Shown: in pieces, positions 46,598 to 60,500 of the stretch
Layout of the letters: every line of letters starts with the position of its first letter
Position numbering within the stretch: position 1 is the stretch's first letter
From: Pseudovirgaria hyperparasitica
Taxonomy: Eukaryota
Length of the DNA: 64,000 nt
Assembly (NCBI GenBank): GCA_010093815.1
Contig: ML996591.1
Reading direction: 5' to 3' (one strand)
Notes under the pieces: generated by a model
What the model was told of the DNA's origin: nothing
Database searches by the model: none
What the model saw: the letters and a program-made list of their open reading frames with translations, nothing else
Position numbers and translations under genes: made by a program

Positions 46598-47544
46598 GCT
46601 TACTGAGGCGCTGGAGGTATGTCCGGACAGATGTCTGGTGACACGTCCTTGTATATTTCACTCTGATACATGTTCCGCCTGTAAAATAGCTTCGAAGCGA
46701 TGTGCCTGGAAGAATGATTGTGTGTATACACTTTGAGCCAACTTTGTCTACTGTATAGGATATAAATACCACACTGGCATTCCATTAATTGCTATGGTTG
46801 ACATGAGTCGAGAGCAGCAAACCCGCCTGAACGCCACCACCCCATAGCCATAGACGGGAGTATGTTGGTGCAAGGTACGCACGGCCTGAGATAGTGGTGA
46901 GTGGTCGATTTGCTGCGGCGCGGGCGGTGAGATCAGGCCATCAGGCGCCCAGATACGCCAACCGTGGGCGGCCACCATGCCTTTTTCGCAAAAACGAATC
47001 CAAATTCCCGAGGACCATGAGACATGACCGTCACCGCCGATCGTCTCGAGCTTCTTATAGGTAAGGTTATATCAATAGTTTACCAGTTCAAGGCAAAGCC
47101 AAAAAAAACCCATCTCCGAAGCTCCTATGGCTTTGACATTCTCTAGATAAAGGTCATAATGTCTTTAGCTTGCAAATTGACGCACTTTCAAGGTTGACGC
47201 CGCCGCCTGCAGCTGCCGTCCCATTTTTCTGTTGAGCCGATTGCTGATCAGCCCTTTCTGTCCCTCTGCGTTATCGTGAAGACAAAACCCACCCCTCCAC
47301 TTACTCTCACTCTCCACTCTCCACTCCGCCCCAGATCCTCTCTCTACTCGTCAATATCCTACTCAATCACTCGTCATTCACTCCTACGCCAACAACCCAC
47401 CCTACCTAACGGCCTTGCATATCCTTTTACATTGCTTCCTGCATCCCATCACCATTGTCCAATTCCCAGCAAGTGGCACGTCATTTGCGTCATCGTCTCA
47501 ATTGATCCCATCTAGAGAGCAGGTCTCACTAGTTTTTGAGCATC

Positions 47545-50500
47545 ATGGTCCTTCTCGACGGCCAAGAGGTCATCACTGAGGAAGAAAAGCGGTTGAGAGC
47601 AGACACAGACCGCAAGCAGTACTGGAAGAAATGGGGCCCGTACACCGCCGAGAGGCAATGGGCTACCGGTATGTGAAGTCGCACCCTCCGCCTCTGTTCA
47701 ATTGCTAATAAAGCTCAAGTTCGGGAGGATTACTCGTGCGTTAATTGATTCTTCCGAGGAAAGAGAGAGACTCTGCTAATCTGCAGCATCCAGTCACGAT
47801 GGAGATGCCTGGAGTCGTACGTTGAGAACCGTCAATGGGCACCTTCGTTGAAGCTAACTAGCCCTATAGACTTTACTCATGACATGGCGCGCTCGAGGGC
47901 GTTCAGGTGGGGTGAGGACGGTATCGCCGGTATCTCCGATACGCATGGATTTCAGCACATTGCATTTGCGTTCTGGAATGAAAAAGAGTAGGTCGCCGCA
48001 TGTTTGGCTGTCGCAGCATCTGTCTGACTTGAACTAGTGACTTCTTGAAAGAACGCCTCTTCGGCTTGTCCAATCCCCAGGGTAATCATGGAGAATCAAT
48101 CAAAGAAGCTCACTTCCACCTTGACAATGTCCCTACCGTGAGTCGCACTCTCCTGGGATAGTCAATTGGCGCTGACCAAAATAACAGCACTCATACATGA
48201 AATTCCTGTACAAATATCCCCAGCGCAAGTTTCCCTACGAAGACATTATCAAAACCAATGCCGCAAGGACGCGCGAAGAAGATGAATACAACCTCATAGA
48301 CACCGGCGTATTCGACGATGATCGATACTGGGACATTTTCATCGAAACAGCAAAGGAGGCGGATAATCCTGAGGAGATTCTGTGTCGTGTCACGGCCTAC
48401 AACAGGGGTCCTGAGCCGGCGCCTCTCCACATCGTCCCGCACGTTTGGTTCCGAAACACGTGGGCATGGGGACACGAGAAACCAGACCAGAAACCGTGGA
48501 TTCGCCAAGTAGGCCCCATTACGGCTCAGTCAAAACACCACAAGCTCGGTGAGCGGTTCTGGCAGCTTTCGCCCTCCCCGGGTATCGGGGCCAGTGGTGT
48601 GGATGTGGAGCCAAAGCTCCTATTCACGGACAACGATACCAATTTCAAGGGTCTTTATGGTGGAACAAACAAGACACCTTACGTCAAAGATGCATTCCAT
48701 CGTTATATCGTGGACGAGGAGACCAACGCTGTGAACCCGAAGTGTACTGGAACCAAGGCCGCAGCATGGTATGCTTTTGATGAAGGGGACGGCGTACCGC
48801 CCGGAGAATGTGCTGTCGTACGTTTTAGGTTATCAAAGGATTACGAAGGTTACTTGGACGAAGAGCTATTCGATGACATCATGGAACAGCGAAGAGAGGA
48901 GGCCGACGAGTTCTACACGCGTCTCAGCCCTATGCCGATGAGCGACGACATTCGGAATGTCCAGCGTCAAGCCTTGTCAGGTATGCTCTGGTGTAAGCAG
49001 CACTATCACTTCATCTGGGATCAATGGGCGAATGGTGATCCTAACATGCCACCGCCGCCTCCTGAACGGAAATCCGTTCGGAACGCACAATGGAAACACA
49101 TGCATCTAGACGATATTCTGTCCATGCCAGACTCATGGGAGTATCCCTTCTTTGCCGCGTGGGACAGTGCTTTTCATTGCATACCACTGGCCATGATCGA
49201 TCCTGACTTCGCCAAGAAGCAGCTAGACATATTCACAAGAGAATGGTACATGCATCCCAACGGACAATTACCAGCCTACGAATGGAACTTTGGAGACGTC
49301 AATCCTCCGGTGCACGCATGGGCTACGTTCAGAACCTTCAAGATTGAGCGCAAGATGTATGGCCGCGAGGACTTAGATTTCCTCGAGCGCGTATTCCACA
49401 AGCTACTGCTAAATTTTACATGGTGGGTCAATCGCAAGGACCTCCACGGTCATAACGTTTTCGAGGGCGGCTTTCTAGGTATGGACAATATCGGTCTTTT
49501 CAATCGATCTGATCCTCTACCTACGGGTGGTACACTGGAACAGGCCGATGGTACTGCTTGGATGGCTTTCTTCTGCCTGAGCATGCTCAACATCAGCTTC
49601 GAGCTAGCCAAGCACCGCCGAATCTATGAAGACACAGCCTCAAAATTCTTTGAACACTATATGCTCATTGCCGAGGCTATGAAGTTCAGAGTCGGAGGGG
49701 AGTCCAAGAGTCTTTGGAACGAAGAAGATGGGTTCTACTACGATGTCATCTCGTGGGGAGGGCCCTGGTCTCATCAAATGCCAGTGAAATCGATGGTAGG
49801 CCTCCTGCCGCTCATCGCTACGATAACTCTCGAGCCAGAGGTCATCAACAAGCTGCCTTCATTTAAGAAGCGCATGAACTGGTTTATCGAGAATAAGAAC
49901 GACCTTGCTGAGCGTAATATTGCCAGTATGACGAAACGTGGCAAAGGCGACAGAATGCTTCTCTCACTCGTGAACGAGGACAGGCTTCGCAAGATTCTGA
50001 ATTACATGCTGGACGAAAACCACTTCTTGTCCGAGCACGGCATCCGATCGCTCTCAAAGTACCACAAGGATCACCCTTACTCGATGGAGGTCAACGGACA
50101 GAAGTATCAGGTCAGCTATGTACCTGGAGATTCCGACAGCGGTCTCTTTGGAGGTAACAGTAACTGGCGAGGTCCGATCTGGTGTGCGACCAATTTCCTC
50201 TTGATTGAATCACTCCAGCGATTCTACATGTTCTATGGCGACAATTTCAAGGTCGAATGCCCCACAGGATCTGGAGACGAGATGCATCTCGGACATGTTG
50301 CGGAAGAGCTTCAACACCGTCTGCAACATCTCTTTGCTCGAAATGATGAAGGGACACGGGCAGTCAACAATGGAAATCAAATGCTTGACTTTGATCCTAA
50401 CTGGAAAGACTACATATGGTTCTATGAGTTCTTTGATGGAGACTCTGGACGTGGACTGGGCGCATCTCATCAGACTGGATGGACGGGTTTAGTTGCGAAG

Positions 50501-50971
50501 ATGATCCACGATACTGGGTAAGATGATGCGGAGTAGAGTGATCTGGGACCTAGTACTGACAAGAAGACTAGTGTGACTTGCCGACTGCCACAGACACCAA
50601 GAACCCCAAGCGCTGCCGCATCGCACTACTTTGATGACGTTTTCAGTCGCAAACGCCCTGGTAAACCTACGCTTCGCCGCTCGTCGACGACTAGATCGAT
50701 TGGAGTACGAAGTGATTGGGACGAGAATGACGATGACGAGATGGGCTCACCTATCAGCACTCGATCATTCAACCGCAAGAACTCGATTGGAGTTCTCGAT
50801 GACGAAGCGCTGAGGAGGAAGGCAGAAGTTGATGAGCACATTGCCAATTATGTGTCGGATCAATTGGAGCGACTGAAGCATGGTTCGACGGCAGACAATG
50901 ACGAGGACGAGTTTGAAGCAAAGTACGATGGTGTAGACGAAGGTCAGAGGAATGGGGTGAATGGCAAGTAG
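47545..50971 (+). CDS. GH63 / MGH1-like six-hairpin glycoside hydrolase (YMR196W-like)
   Basis: Multi-exon 5' end gives [43 protein letters not shown]; main exon has [36 protein letters not shown]. Confidence 0.9.
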
Positions 50972-51576
50972 AGTGTGGAGTGAGCGACTGCGCTCATATG
51001 CCGACACACGCCCCTCAGCAAAGTTATGCGAAACCTCCCTATAGAAGCGACATGGATAGATACTGTTCATAGAAGTAGATGCTAGAGACCTGAGAAGCTG
51101 AAGACTATAAGAATAACACTACGTCATACTCCCACATCGAAATAAAGTTTAAAGACCAAGACCAAGGAGCACGTTAGCTGTATCGGAAGTCATGTAAATT
51201 TTGAGATTTTCGGGAATTATGTAGTTGCTGCCCAGACAGTGACGTTGCGGGCGCTTAGTCATTGTTTACCTGGACCGTGACTAGCGCAAACAAACGGAGC
51301 GATCTGGTAACCCCATGCCGGGCGTATGATATGATTGAAGCGACGTCCAACCTGCGCCAGGTGGATATTGAAGTTGCACGCAAATCGCCATTGCATACCT
51401 ATCAGTTGAGCTGTTTTTGAGACATAGCTCGTCCTTTACGTGGTACGCATTCCAGGCGTGCATTCTTGCGAGCTTGCCCAATGTTACGTTGCCCAGCTAA
51501 TGAGAGCGGAATGCAGAGTAGCCAGACATTTCCGAAGAAGGCTATAAAACGACGCGACTCGAAGACTTGCTTCAAG

Positions 51577-52730
51577 ATGGCGGCTTTCATAACTACCATG
51601 TTTGTCCTCCCACCTTCCTCGAACCTTTCTCTTCCCGGTCAACTTGAGCCTCTTTCGTCCATCCCACCATCGATGCTAGCGGGTGTTGCAGCTTGGCCAC
51701 ATGAGAATAGTGGTCGGGAGGCCTCGCATGGATATAAGCGTACAATAGGCGAGCCTGAAAGCTTCTGTCGGAGCTCTTTTCCGCAGTCATGTTCTAGTGA
51801 CTGGGAAGGCGGATCGACCCTCGACGGCGTGATGGAGCTTCATGATCGGTTGAAAAGCATGATGATAGATACGGAGCATGCTCTTGAGCTTTTTGAAACT
51901 GAATTGGTAGAACAACTGAGCTTACGATGTGGTCAACGCAGAAATTCCCGAACGCGAGCGCCGTTCAAGCCGAACAAGAGCGGACGAGGCACGAGCTCAT
52001 GGCAGCTAAAACAATTCGCTGAAGCGACGTTGGGCAGTGGCAGTCTCAGAAAAGCGGTAAAACTGCCAGAAGGAGAAGACTTCAATGAATGGTTAGCTGT
52101 CAATGGTACTATATCTGACCATTTTGGAGTCGGGAGTCATGCTAAGCAAAGATGCAGTCGTGGATTTCTACAATCAGATCAATCTCTTGTACGGATCTAT
52201 TACCGAGTTTTGCTCGCCGCAAAGCTGCCCTGAGATGAAGGCGACGGACGAGTAGGCATTGCTGTCATGCCATGATTAATTGAGTGCTAAGGGGTGTGTA
52301 GATTCGAGTATCTCTGGCAAGACAACGAGAACTTCAAGCGACCGACAAAGATGACGGCACCAGAGTATGTGGAGCACCTCATGGCATGGATCCAGAGTAA
52401 TATCGACAACGAACAAATGTTTCCAAGCAGAATCGGTGAGTGTTTGTCCAACTGGGCGCGCGATGCATAGGCTGATGTAGAGCAGGTGTCGCTTTTCCGA
52501 AGGCATTCCCTTCATTGCTCCGGCAAATATTCAAGAGGCTGTATCGGGTTTATGCGCACATCTATTGCCATCACTATCCAGTGGTGGTCCAACTTGGGCT
52601 GGAGCCTCATCTGAACACGTCCTTCAAGCACTACGTCCTCTTCATCGACGAGCACAATCTGTCGAGTGGAAGTAAAGACTACTGGGGCCCGCTCGGAGAC
52701 CTTGTAGAGAGCATGCTGAAGAGCGACTAA
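51577..52730 (+). CDS. MOB1: Mob1 kinase activator (MEN/SIN)
   Basis: MAAFITT / intron 51600-51941 / [36 protein letters not shown]; further introns; [16 protein letters not shown]. Confidence 0.93.
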
Positions 52731-53467
52731 AGAATCGGTGTGGCTGAGATGGCATGTACGACAGCTTGACAAGAGCATGGATGGTTAGGCGTTTCTCCAG
52801 GAGCATTAGTGGATGGGCAGGGGGTGGGGCAAACACACGACTGATGAGCTACGGCTGGCAGCAGCAGCAGGGGTCACGACGGCGTGGTAAATTAATGTAC
52901 ATTATTCGTGGGTATTATTACTGCAAATCATTATAAGCGACTTTGTTTCAGGGGCATGAGAGATTGGGGGACACATTCATGTGTATCTATGCTCGAGTCA
53001 GGCACGAAGAAACCAAGCAGAGAGAGAGAAAGTAGAGGTAATCGGTGATGATCCTTCGTTATCATATCATGTCTGGGAAGGGCGGCTCGTAGTTGCAGCG
53101 GCGAGTTGTATCAGCATGCGGCGTTGGCGTTGCGTGTCTCTTGGGTAGTATAGGTAGATATGGGGGTTTGGGATGTTGATGTTATTATTGATGATGATGA
53201 TGGAGTTTGATTGATTGCGGCACGGGTGAGGTCAGGTATTACTAGGTAATTATAGGTAGGGTGACAGTCCTGTTAGGGTAATTGGTGCAAGTGCAAGCTT
53301 GAAGGGTAAGGAACAGCAGGGGCAGCGTATAATCAGTCATGAGATGCGCAGATGGGACGTGGAGGTACTGACACTAAGTATGTCTGACAGTTTGACAGGC
53401 GGGTCAGCCGGGGAAATAGGTGGGTCAAGTGTGAGGAAAGGGTGGGGAGGGGCCGTCGCTAGAGTCG

Positions 53468-53538
53468 CCCCCAAGATCCGCCCAAGACCCCCCTAAGAGC
53501 CCCCCCAAGATACTCCCAAGACGCCCCCAAGATGCCCC
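53468..53538 (-). repeat. Degenerate CCC(C)AAGA tandem array; seven G-runs on the minus strand (G-quadruplex candidate)
   Basis: C-runs of 5,3,6,7,3,5,4 separated by 4-8 nt spacers nearly all starting AAGA. Confidence 0.6.
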
Positions 53539-54079
53539 AAAAATTGCTGCATCCTTCCCCCAAAAAGACACAAACGGCGCCCCATTGCCCCCCCTAAGCA
53601 GACCCCCCCCCTCCTTTCTAGCACTCGCTGCCGTCAAACTAATTACCGGCACTAGTAGGTAACCTCAGCACTAAAACGGATAAGTCAGCAACATTTTTAC
53701 TCTATCCCCCTTCTAGCAGGAGGTACAACAGTAAAGAACAGCCACACACAATTCACTCACTACGGCTGTCTGACCTCTCTTGTTGACTCTCTCTGCCCTC
53801 TCCGCCTCTCTTGTCTTTCTGTCTCTGCCTCTCTGCATTCAACACAATCAATCACTCGCTATTAGCCTTATCTACCCCCGGCCTGGACCCTGCCTGCACA
53901 CCCAATCCTAGTCATGCTTCCGAACCGCGTCTGCGTCTCCCTCGCCGTCTTGGACTACTCCCCCGCCCAATATCTATTTCATCCCTCCCGTCCACGCGAC
54001 TGGTCTTCTCAATTTCCATTTCTCCTCTCCTTTAACATCTCTCCTTGAAAGTCGCCATTTCGGTCGCGTCGCCGTCGCC

Positions 54080-56047
54080 ATGTCCGAATACATTGGCCAT
54101 AACAAGGACCACCATGTCGACGAGACCAAGCTCTCACACGACCACTCGCCCCACCCCCATAGCTCCGATCTCGAGAATGGCGACGTCAAGTCTGCTCCGC
54201 TGGCCCGCAGCCTCAAGGGACGACACATGCAAATGATTGCCATTGGTATGCCATACGCCTCGACAAAGTTCCGCTGAGCACAAAACATCCTAACTTTTTG
54301 GTCTCCATAGGCGGTGCTATTGGCGCTGGTCTCTTCGTTGGTTCGGGAAGTGCTCTACATTCCGGTGGGCCAGCAAGCTTGGTATGCTCCACACCCATTG
54401 CTTGTCCTGTCTTGTCATGTCTTGTCTCAGGCTAATCATGATTCCGCCTTCTTCTAGCTCCTTGGCTACATCATCACTGGAATAATGCTTCTGTTGACAG
54501 TCCAGGCCCTTGGGGAGATGGCCGTCCTCTATCCTGTCAACGGCGCTTTCTTCAACTACATTGTCCGTTTCGTGGATCCGTCGTGGGGCTTTGCCGTCGG
54601 CTGGGATTACGCCCTCAACTGGGTAATACGACATGACCCCTGTCTCACCCGTTACTGTGCCCATTTGCTAATTACACATCCTACAGCTTATCATCCTACC
54701 GTTTGAAATCACCGCTGCCGGTCTCACAATAAAGTACTGGGGTGAATACAACATCGGCATCTGGATCGCCGTCTTTTTGGCGATCCTTACGGCCGTCCAG
54801 TTTTTTGGTGTGCGCGGATACGGCGAGGGTATGTAAAGATTCCTACTCGCAATTCATCCACCCCAGCCCCTGCTTACACGCCTGCAGTCGAATTTGTCCT
54901 GGCCATTATCAAGATTGCTGCTTGCGCTGGCTTCATCATCCTTGGCATTATCATAAATTGCGGTGGCGTCCCGGGTGACAACCGCGGTTACATTGGTGCA
55001 CGGTACTGGCATGACGGTCGTGCCTTCCAAAACAGTTTCAAGGGCTTCTGCTCCGTCTTCGTCACTGCCGCTTTTGCCTTTTCCGGAACCGAATTGACCG
55101 GTCTCGCCGCTGCCGAAGCTGCGAACCCGCGCAAGTCTCTCCCAAAGGCTTGTCGCCAGGTGTTTTGGCGCATTGCCTTCTTCTACGTACTCAACATCTT
55201 CATCCTCGGCCTGATTGTCGACTCGAACTCGGACTACCTCCTCAACTCGTCTGGTGCTGGCAACACACAGTTCTCCCCCTTCATTGTCGCCATCAAGGAC
55301 GCTGGCATCAAGGTCCTGCCATCCATCTTCAACGCCGTCATCACCATTGCCGTCATCAGTGTGGCCAACTCTGCCACGTATGGCTCCACCCGCACCATCC
55401 AGGCCCTCGCCGTCAAGGGCATGGCGCCCAAGCAGCTTGCCTATGTCGACAAGAAGGGACGCCCGGTTCCCGTCATTATCCTTCAGCTCATCTTCGGTCT
55501 CCTCGCTTTCGTGAACGAAGCTCCCGAAGTCGGCAACCAATTCTTCAACTGGCTCCTCGCCCTAGCCGGCTTGTCCAACTTCTTCATATGGGGCTCCATC
55601 TGCCTCGCACACATCCGCTTCCGCATGGCTTGGACCTACCAAGGCCGCACCCTGTCAGAGATTCCCTACAAGGCCTATTTTGGCATTCCCGGCTCCGCCG
55701 TCGGCCTCTTCCTCAACTTCATGTGCCTCGTCTTTCAATTCTACGTCGCCCTGTTCCCGATCGGCGGCGATCCTCCGGACGCCGAGGCCTTCTTTGGTGC
55801 CTATCTTGCCGCTCCCATCACCCTCGCCCTCTTCGTCGGCTGGAAGGCCTACACCGTCTTCACGAATAATCTGTACCATCGCCAGCAGACCTGGCGGCCG
55901 TACGTCTTGCTTTCAGAAATGAATCTTCACGAGGGCATGCGTGATATTGCGCTCGACACCGACGACCATGTTGTCGAAAAGGGCCATCGCACTATCGGTC
56001 AGAAGATTCTCGGCGCGCCAAAGTCTCTTCTCCGCGCCTTTTTCTGA
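54080..56047 (+). CDS. Amino-acid permease (APC superfamily, YAT family)
   Basis: LARSLKGRHMQMIAIG / GAIGAGLFVGSG; QALGEMAVLYP; FAFSGTELTGLAAAE; CLAHIRFR; several introns. Confidence 0.93.
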
Positions 56048-56464
56048 GAGCGCAGCGAATGAAACGGACACATGGCCCTCCCTTTTCAAGGCATCCTTTT
56101 CGGACAATTTTTTTTTGGTATTTGGCAATAGTTCTATTAAGTTGCTTGAAGACGCGTTGTATACCACGTGGGTTTTGCTTAGTGGCGTTCAAATGTATGT
56201 TAAGAGATTCCTCCCTGCCCTCCCCCGTCGCCCGGCGCCGGTCTCGGAAACTAGATATATGCATGAACCAGACACTACACAACTGCTGCAATACAACTTT
56301 GTCGTCTCAGGGAGAATCTGTTTGTTATTCGTGCTAATAGACTGATTATACGATACTGCACTACAGTAGTCTACACATAGACAACAACGACAAAGTCTAC
56401 AACAATGGAGCGAGATTGAGGGGGCCAATTGAATCTATTTCTAGGGGCTCTCCAATTCCCGACA

Positions 56465-57137
56465 ATTTTTATTTTTATTTTTATTTTTATTTTTATTTTT
56501 ATTTTTATTTTTATTTTTATTTTTATTTTTATTTTTATTTTTATTTTTATTTTTATTTTNNNNNNNNNNATTTTTATTTTTATTTTTATTTTTATTTTTA
56601 TTTTTATTTTTATTTTTATTTTTATTTTTATTTTTATTTTTATTTTTATTTTTATTTTTATTTTCATTTTTATTTTAATTTTTATTTTAATTTTTATTCT
56701 AATTTTTATTTTAATTTTTATTTTAATTTTTATTTTAATTTTTATTTTAATTTTTATTTTAATTTTTATTTTAATTTTTATTTTAATTTTTATTNNNNNN
56801 NNNNNNNNNNNNNNNNNNNNNNNNNNNNNNNNNNNNNNNNNNNNNNNNNNNNNNNNNNNNNNNNNNNNNNNNNNNNNNNNNNNNNNNNNNNNNNNNNNNN
56901 NNNNNNNNNNNNNNNNNNNNNNNNNNNNNNNNNNNNNNNNNNNNNNNNNNNNNNNNNNNNNNNNNNNNNNNNNNNNNNNNNNNNNNNNNNNNNNNNNNNN
57001 NNNNNNNNNNNNNNNNNNNNNNNNNNNNNNNNNNNNNNNTTTTTATTTTAATTTTTATTTTAATTTTTATTTTAATTTTTATTTTAATTTTTATTTTAAT
57101 TTTTATTTTAATTTTTATTTTAATTTTTATTTTATTT
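56465..57137. repeat. (TTTTTA)n microsatellite grading into (TTTTAATTTTTA)n, with assembly gaps (N 56560-56569, 56795-57039)
   Basis: Directly visible; true length unknown because of Ns. Confidence 0.95.
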
Positions 57138-57251
57138 TTTGGTTGTGGTCCCCCGCCCGTCCTTCACTCACCCAACGCCGTTGTTTCTACTTTTCAAACT
57201 CGGGGAGATGGACGGGTTAATTAGATAGATTGATAGGTAAAGGGACATACG

Positions 57252-57405
57252 TGATATGATATGATATGATATGATATGATATGATATAATGTAATGCCGT
57301 GCATCATAAAGGGTTTGCTTGTATGTGTATATTTGTACTACTTTACTTTACAACTGTACTGTACTGTGCTGTGCTGTGCTGTGCTGTGCTGTGCTGTGCT
57401 GTGCT
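57252..57405. repeat. Pentanucleotide microsatellites (TGATA)7 at 57252-57287 and (CTGTA)2(CTGTG)8 at 57354-57405
   Basis: Directly visible, downstream of the SPF1 stop. Confidence 0.9.
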
Positions 57406-57598
57406 AGTGAGTAGTAATAGTCTAGAAATTAATCATCTATCATCGCTCGGGGCGAGAGGAAAAGGGCGGGTCCCTGCAGGGGTCGAGGAGTCCACGAAAG
57501 CCCATACATATCCCATGCTCTCGTGCGGAGGGTGGAGGGTGGAGGGGGGGTGTAGAGACCACGAACAACCACACACAACAGACCACACCACACAGCCC

Positions 57599-60500
57599 CT
57601 ACGCCTTCCCCTTCTCCACCTCGCCCAACCTCCTCCTCTCCTCCACCACAGCCTCATCCCTCTTACGCGCCTCCTCCCTCTCAATCTGATCGGGCCGGCG
57701 CAGCGCAATATCCTTCGGTCTATAATCGCTAAACAGCGTCTTGAGCACCTTCTCGACAACCCAACAGCCCGCGAAATCGACGAGCATGACAGCCGTAATG
57801 GTAAGCTTAAAGTCGGCGGAAAAGGGGACGAGCTTGAGCTTCTCGTTGAGCTCGGGGATGAATTCCGTGGCGCAGGAGAAGGCGACGCCGGAGACGGAGA
57901 GCAGGCCCCAGTACATGGCGCGGTTCTCCTTGATGGATTCGCGAAAGGGGCGGCCCTGGTAGTTGATTGCAAAGGTGGAGATTTGCTGGATGAGTTGGAG
58001 GAGGTAGATTGCGGAGTTGAGGAGGGAGGGCTCAAAGTCGCCGTCGAGGTCGATGTCGGCTTTTTTGCTGTTTGGGAATAGATGTCAGTATAGTGACACC
58101 GGGTGAGACAAGGTAAGAATACACAAGGGTTCTGGGACAATAGCTAGACTTACGGTTCTGTGCGCTGGACGTATTGGGATATGTAGATCAGTGTGCCGAT
58201 GTGGATGGCAAACTGTCCCAGAACGGATCCGATGATGTATGGGTTGAAGATGTTGTGTTGCGGGCGTTCTTTGGACAGACCCTCGACCGACTTGGCACGA
58301 GAGATGGATAAGAAGCAGACGCTCATCATCATGCCGCTGATGGTCACCTGACCATCGCCAAACTTGATTCCGTCCAGGTACAGAACACTCAGACTGTACG
58401 CACTGATCAAGCAGTTCAATGCGAGGATCTTGTACATCTGTATCGTGGCAACGAGCGTACAACGGCCTTGACGAATGATATTCGGGATCGCAATCACGTT
58501 GGCTAGCTTGCTCGTAAACGGTGCCGCAACAGACGCGTCGCCGAGCTTGATGGTAGGAGGTTCGCTGTCGTCGAGCTCTTGCTCCATCATGCTAGTCGTG
58601 AACTTCTCTGCCATGCTCTGCGCGGCTTGTTGCGCTTTCTGCTTGCGTTGATCCTGAGGGCTAAGCGCTTGGGACTGTTGCAGCTTTTGCGCTTCTGGGC
58701 TCGTGATGGTAGGGATACCATTGCTTTGTTGCATCTCTTCGACGGACTTGCCCTCCTTCTTGGCCTTCTTCTCGGCTTCCCTCTGCACAGCCTTCTCGTA
58801 GTGTGGATTCGAAGGGCCGGGGGGATACAGATGGGCAATCATGGGCGGGACGGGCGGTGCTGGCTGGTTGAATCGTTTCATCAAGCTGACTTGCTTCTCG
58901 TAAACTTCCTTCATCTTTGTCGTTCTGAAGTGATCCGAAATCTTTTGCAGATCGTCAGTCGTACCATTCAGGAGCGCGACTCCAATGTGGGCTTGCTTCA
59001 ATGCACCAACGTCATTCGTGCCGTCGCCACACATCAGTGTTGTATAGCCTGCGTCTTTGAGTCCGAGCAAAATCTCTTCCTTCTGCTTAGGCGACACCCG
59101 CGCGTAGACCCAAGTGTGGCGAAGAATCTGCTTCCATGCCGCTTGTCCCTTGAACTTGGTCAGAGCATACCCAGTTGCACATAGATCCTTAGTCTTCAGG
59201 ATCTCCGCATCCAAGGGCGCGCTGGGATCGACAGGAATGTTGACTTTATCATCCACACTCCGCCACACGAGCTTTTCCCCGGAGTCGTCATTCTCTGGCG
59301 CATCTAGGATAAGGCAGTCTCGATCCACAATTTCCACCTGCTTGGCAACATGTACAGCCGTGAGAGGATTGTCTCCAGTGATCATGACAACTCGATGGCT
59401 ACTCTCGTTGAGCATCCGCACAGCCTTCTTTGCGTCGTCTTTAAGAGGGCACTGTAGAACCAAAAATCCTGCAAAGTGAAGGTCACACTCCACGTCTTCT
59501 CGTTTTAGATCGTTGATGCGGTTCTGCCCAATCTCGGCTTCAGTTGAGATGTACTTGTACGCAAGTGCGAGGACACGGCCTCCATTACGGGTAAAGTACT
59601 TGAAAGTCTCTTCGTATTTAGGCGGAGTCTCAACCAGCATCTTTCGAATTGTCTCAGGCGCTCCCTTGACACCCGCAAATGTAGCTTTGGTCTTCTTTTG
59701 CGTCTGTCTGTTTGTCGTAAAAACGGTAGCGACAGAGCTCTGCCTCTTTAGAGCGGATGAGAACTGGAAGCGGCGTCGAATTTGAACAGAGTCGGTTTGG
59801 GTTGCATATGATTCGCCATGGACTGCGCTCTTAGCTCTGCTCGTGAGGATGTTCTTGTCGCCCAGAGTCCATCCAAGCGACTGCAGTGTGGCCTTTTCCA
59901 TCGGTTCTCCGACAATATCTCCTTCGTCTAGCTTGACCAAAGCATGCGCTGTAGCAAGGACAAGAGTGGTATCAAGTCCCGTTTTAGGGATCGGAACAAG
60001 CTCAGGCTGCGCACCATCAGCTTCTTGCTTCGCTCCAGACTTGCCTAGAGACAACCCGGCAATACCATCAACGACAAGATCCTCGCCTGTCAATGTACCG
60101 GTCTTGTCAAAACAAGCAACATCAACGCGCCCAGCAAATGGGATTCTGAAAGGCTCTGTGCAGAATATTGCATATCGACTGAGAGCAGCAAGACTGGTAT
60201 TGACTGCGAGACTAAGTTCCATGGGCAGCTCAGGGGGTACCACGCTTGTGATGATGAGAACGCAGTCCAACAACAACTTTGACCGTTTCCGGTCTCGTGC
60301 GACACCCTCCTCCCAAACGTACCAAGATGCAGCAATTGCGAACATCAAAAGGAACAATATGAAAAACAACGCTTCGATGTTGTTAGCAGATACTCGCTCA
60401 GTCGAGTAGATCATGGTGCGAACGAGACTGCCCTGACTGGTCTCAAAGCCCGTCTTGACAACGATGGCTATAGCACCCTTATCAGGAGGCGGAGGGACAC

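Noticed and set aside
51466..52233. 255-aa ORF as the MOB1 protein
   Set aside because: Starts at TTG and reads through intron 1 and into intron 2; the real start is ATG 51577.
53488..53496. TTAGGG as a telomere remnant
   Set aside because: Only one exact unit inside a degenerate array; not a telomeric tract.
54854..55922. Long antisense and alternate-frame ORFs over the permease (similar ones over SPF1, BIT61, UVDE)
   Set aside because: Shadow ORFs caused by C-ending codon bias; no motifs.
56371..57220. ORFs of poly-KI, FY and IF
   Set aside because: Translations of the microsatellite and N gaps.
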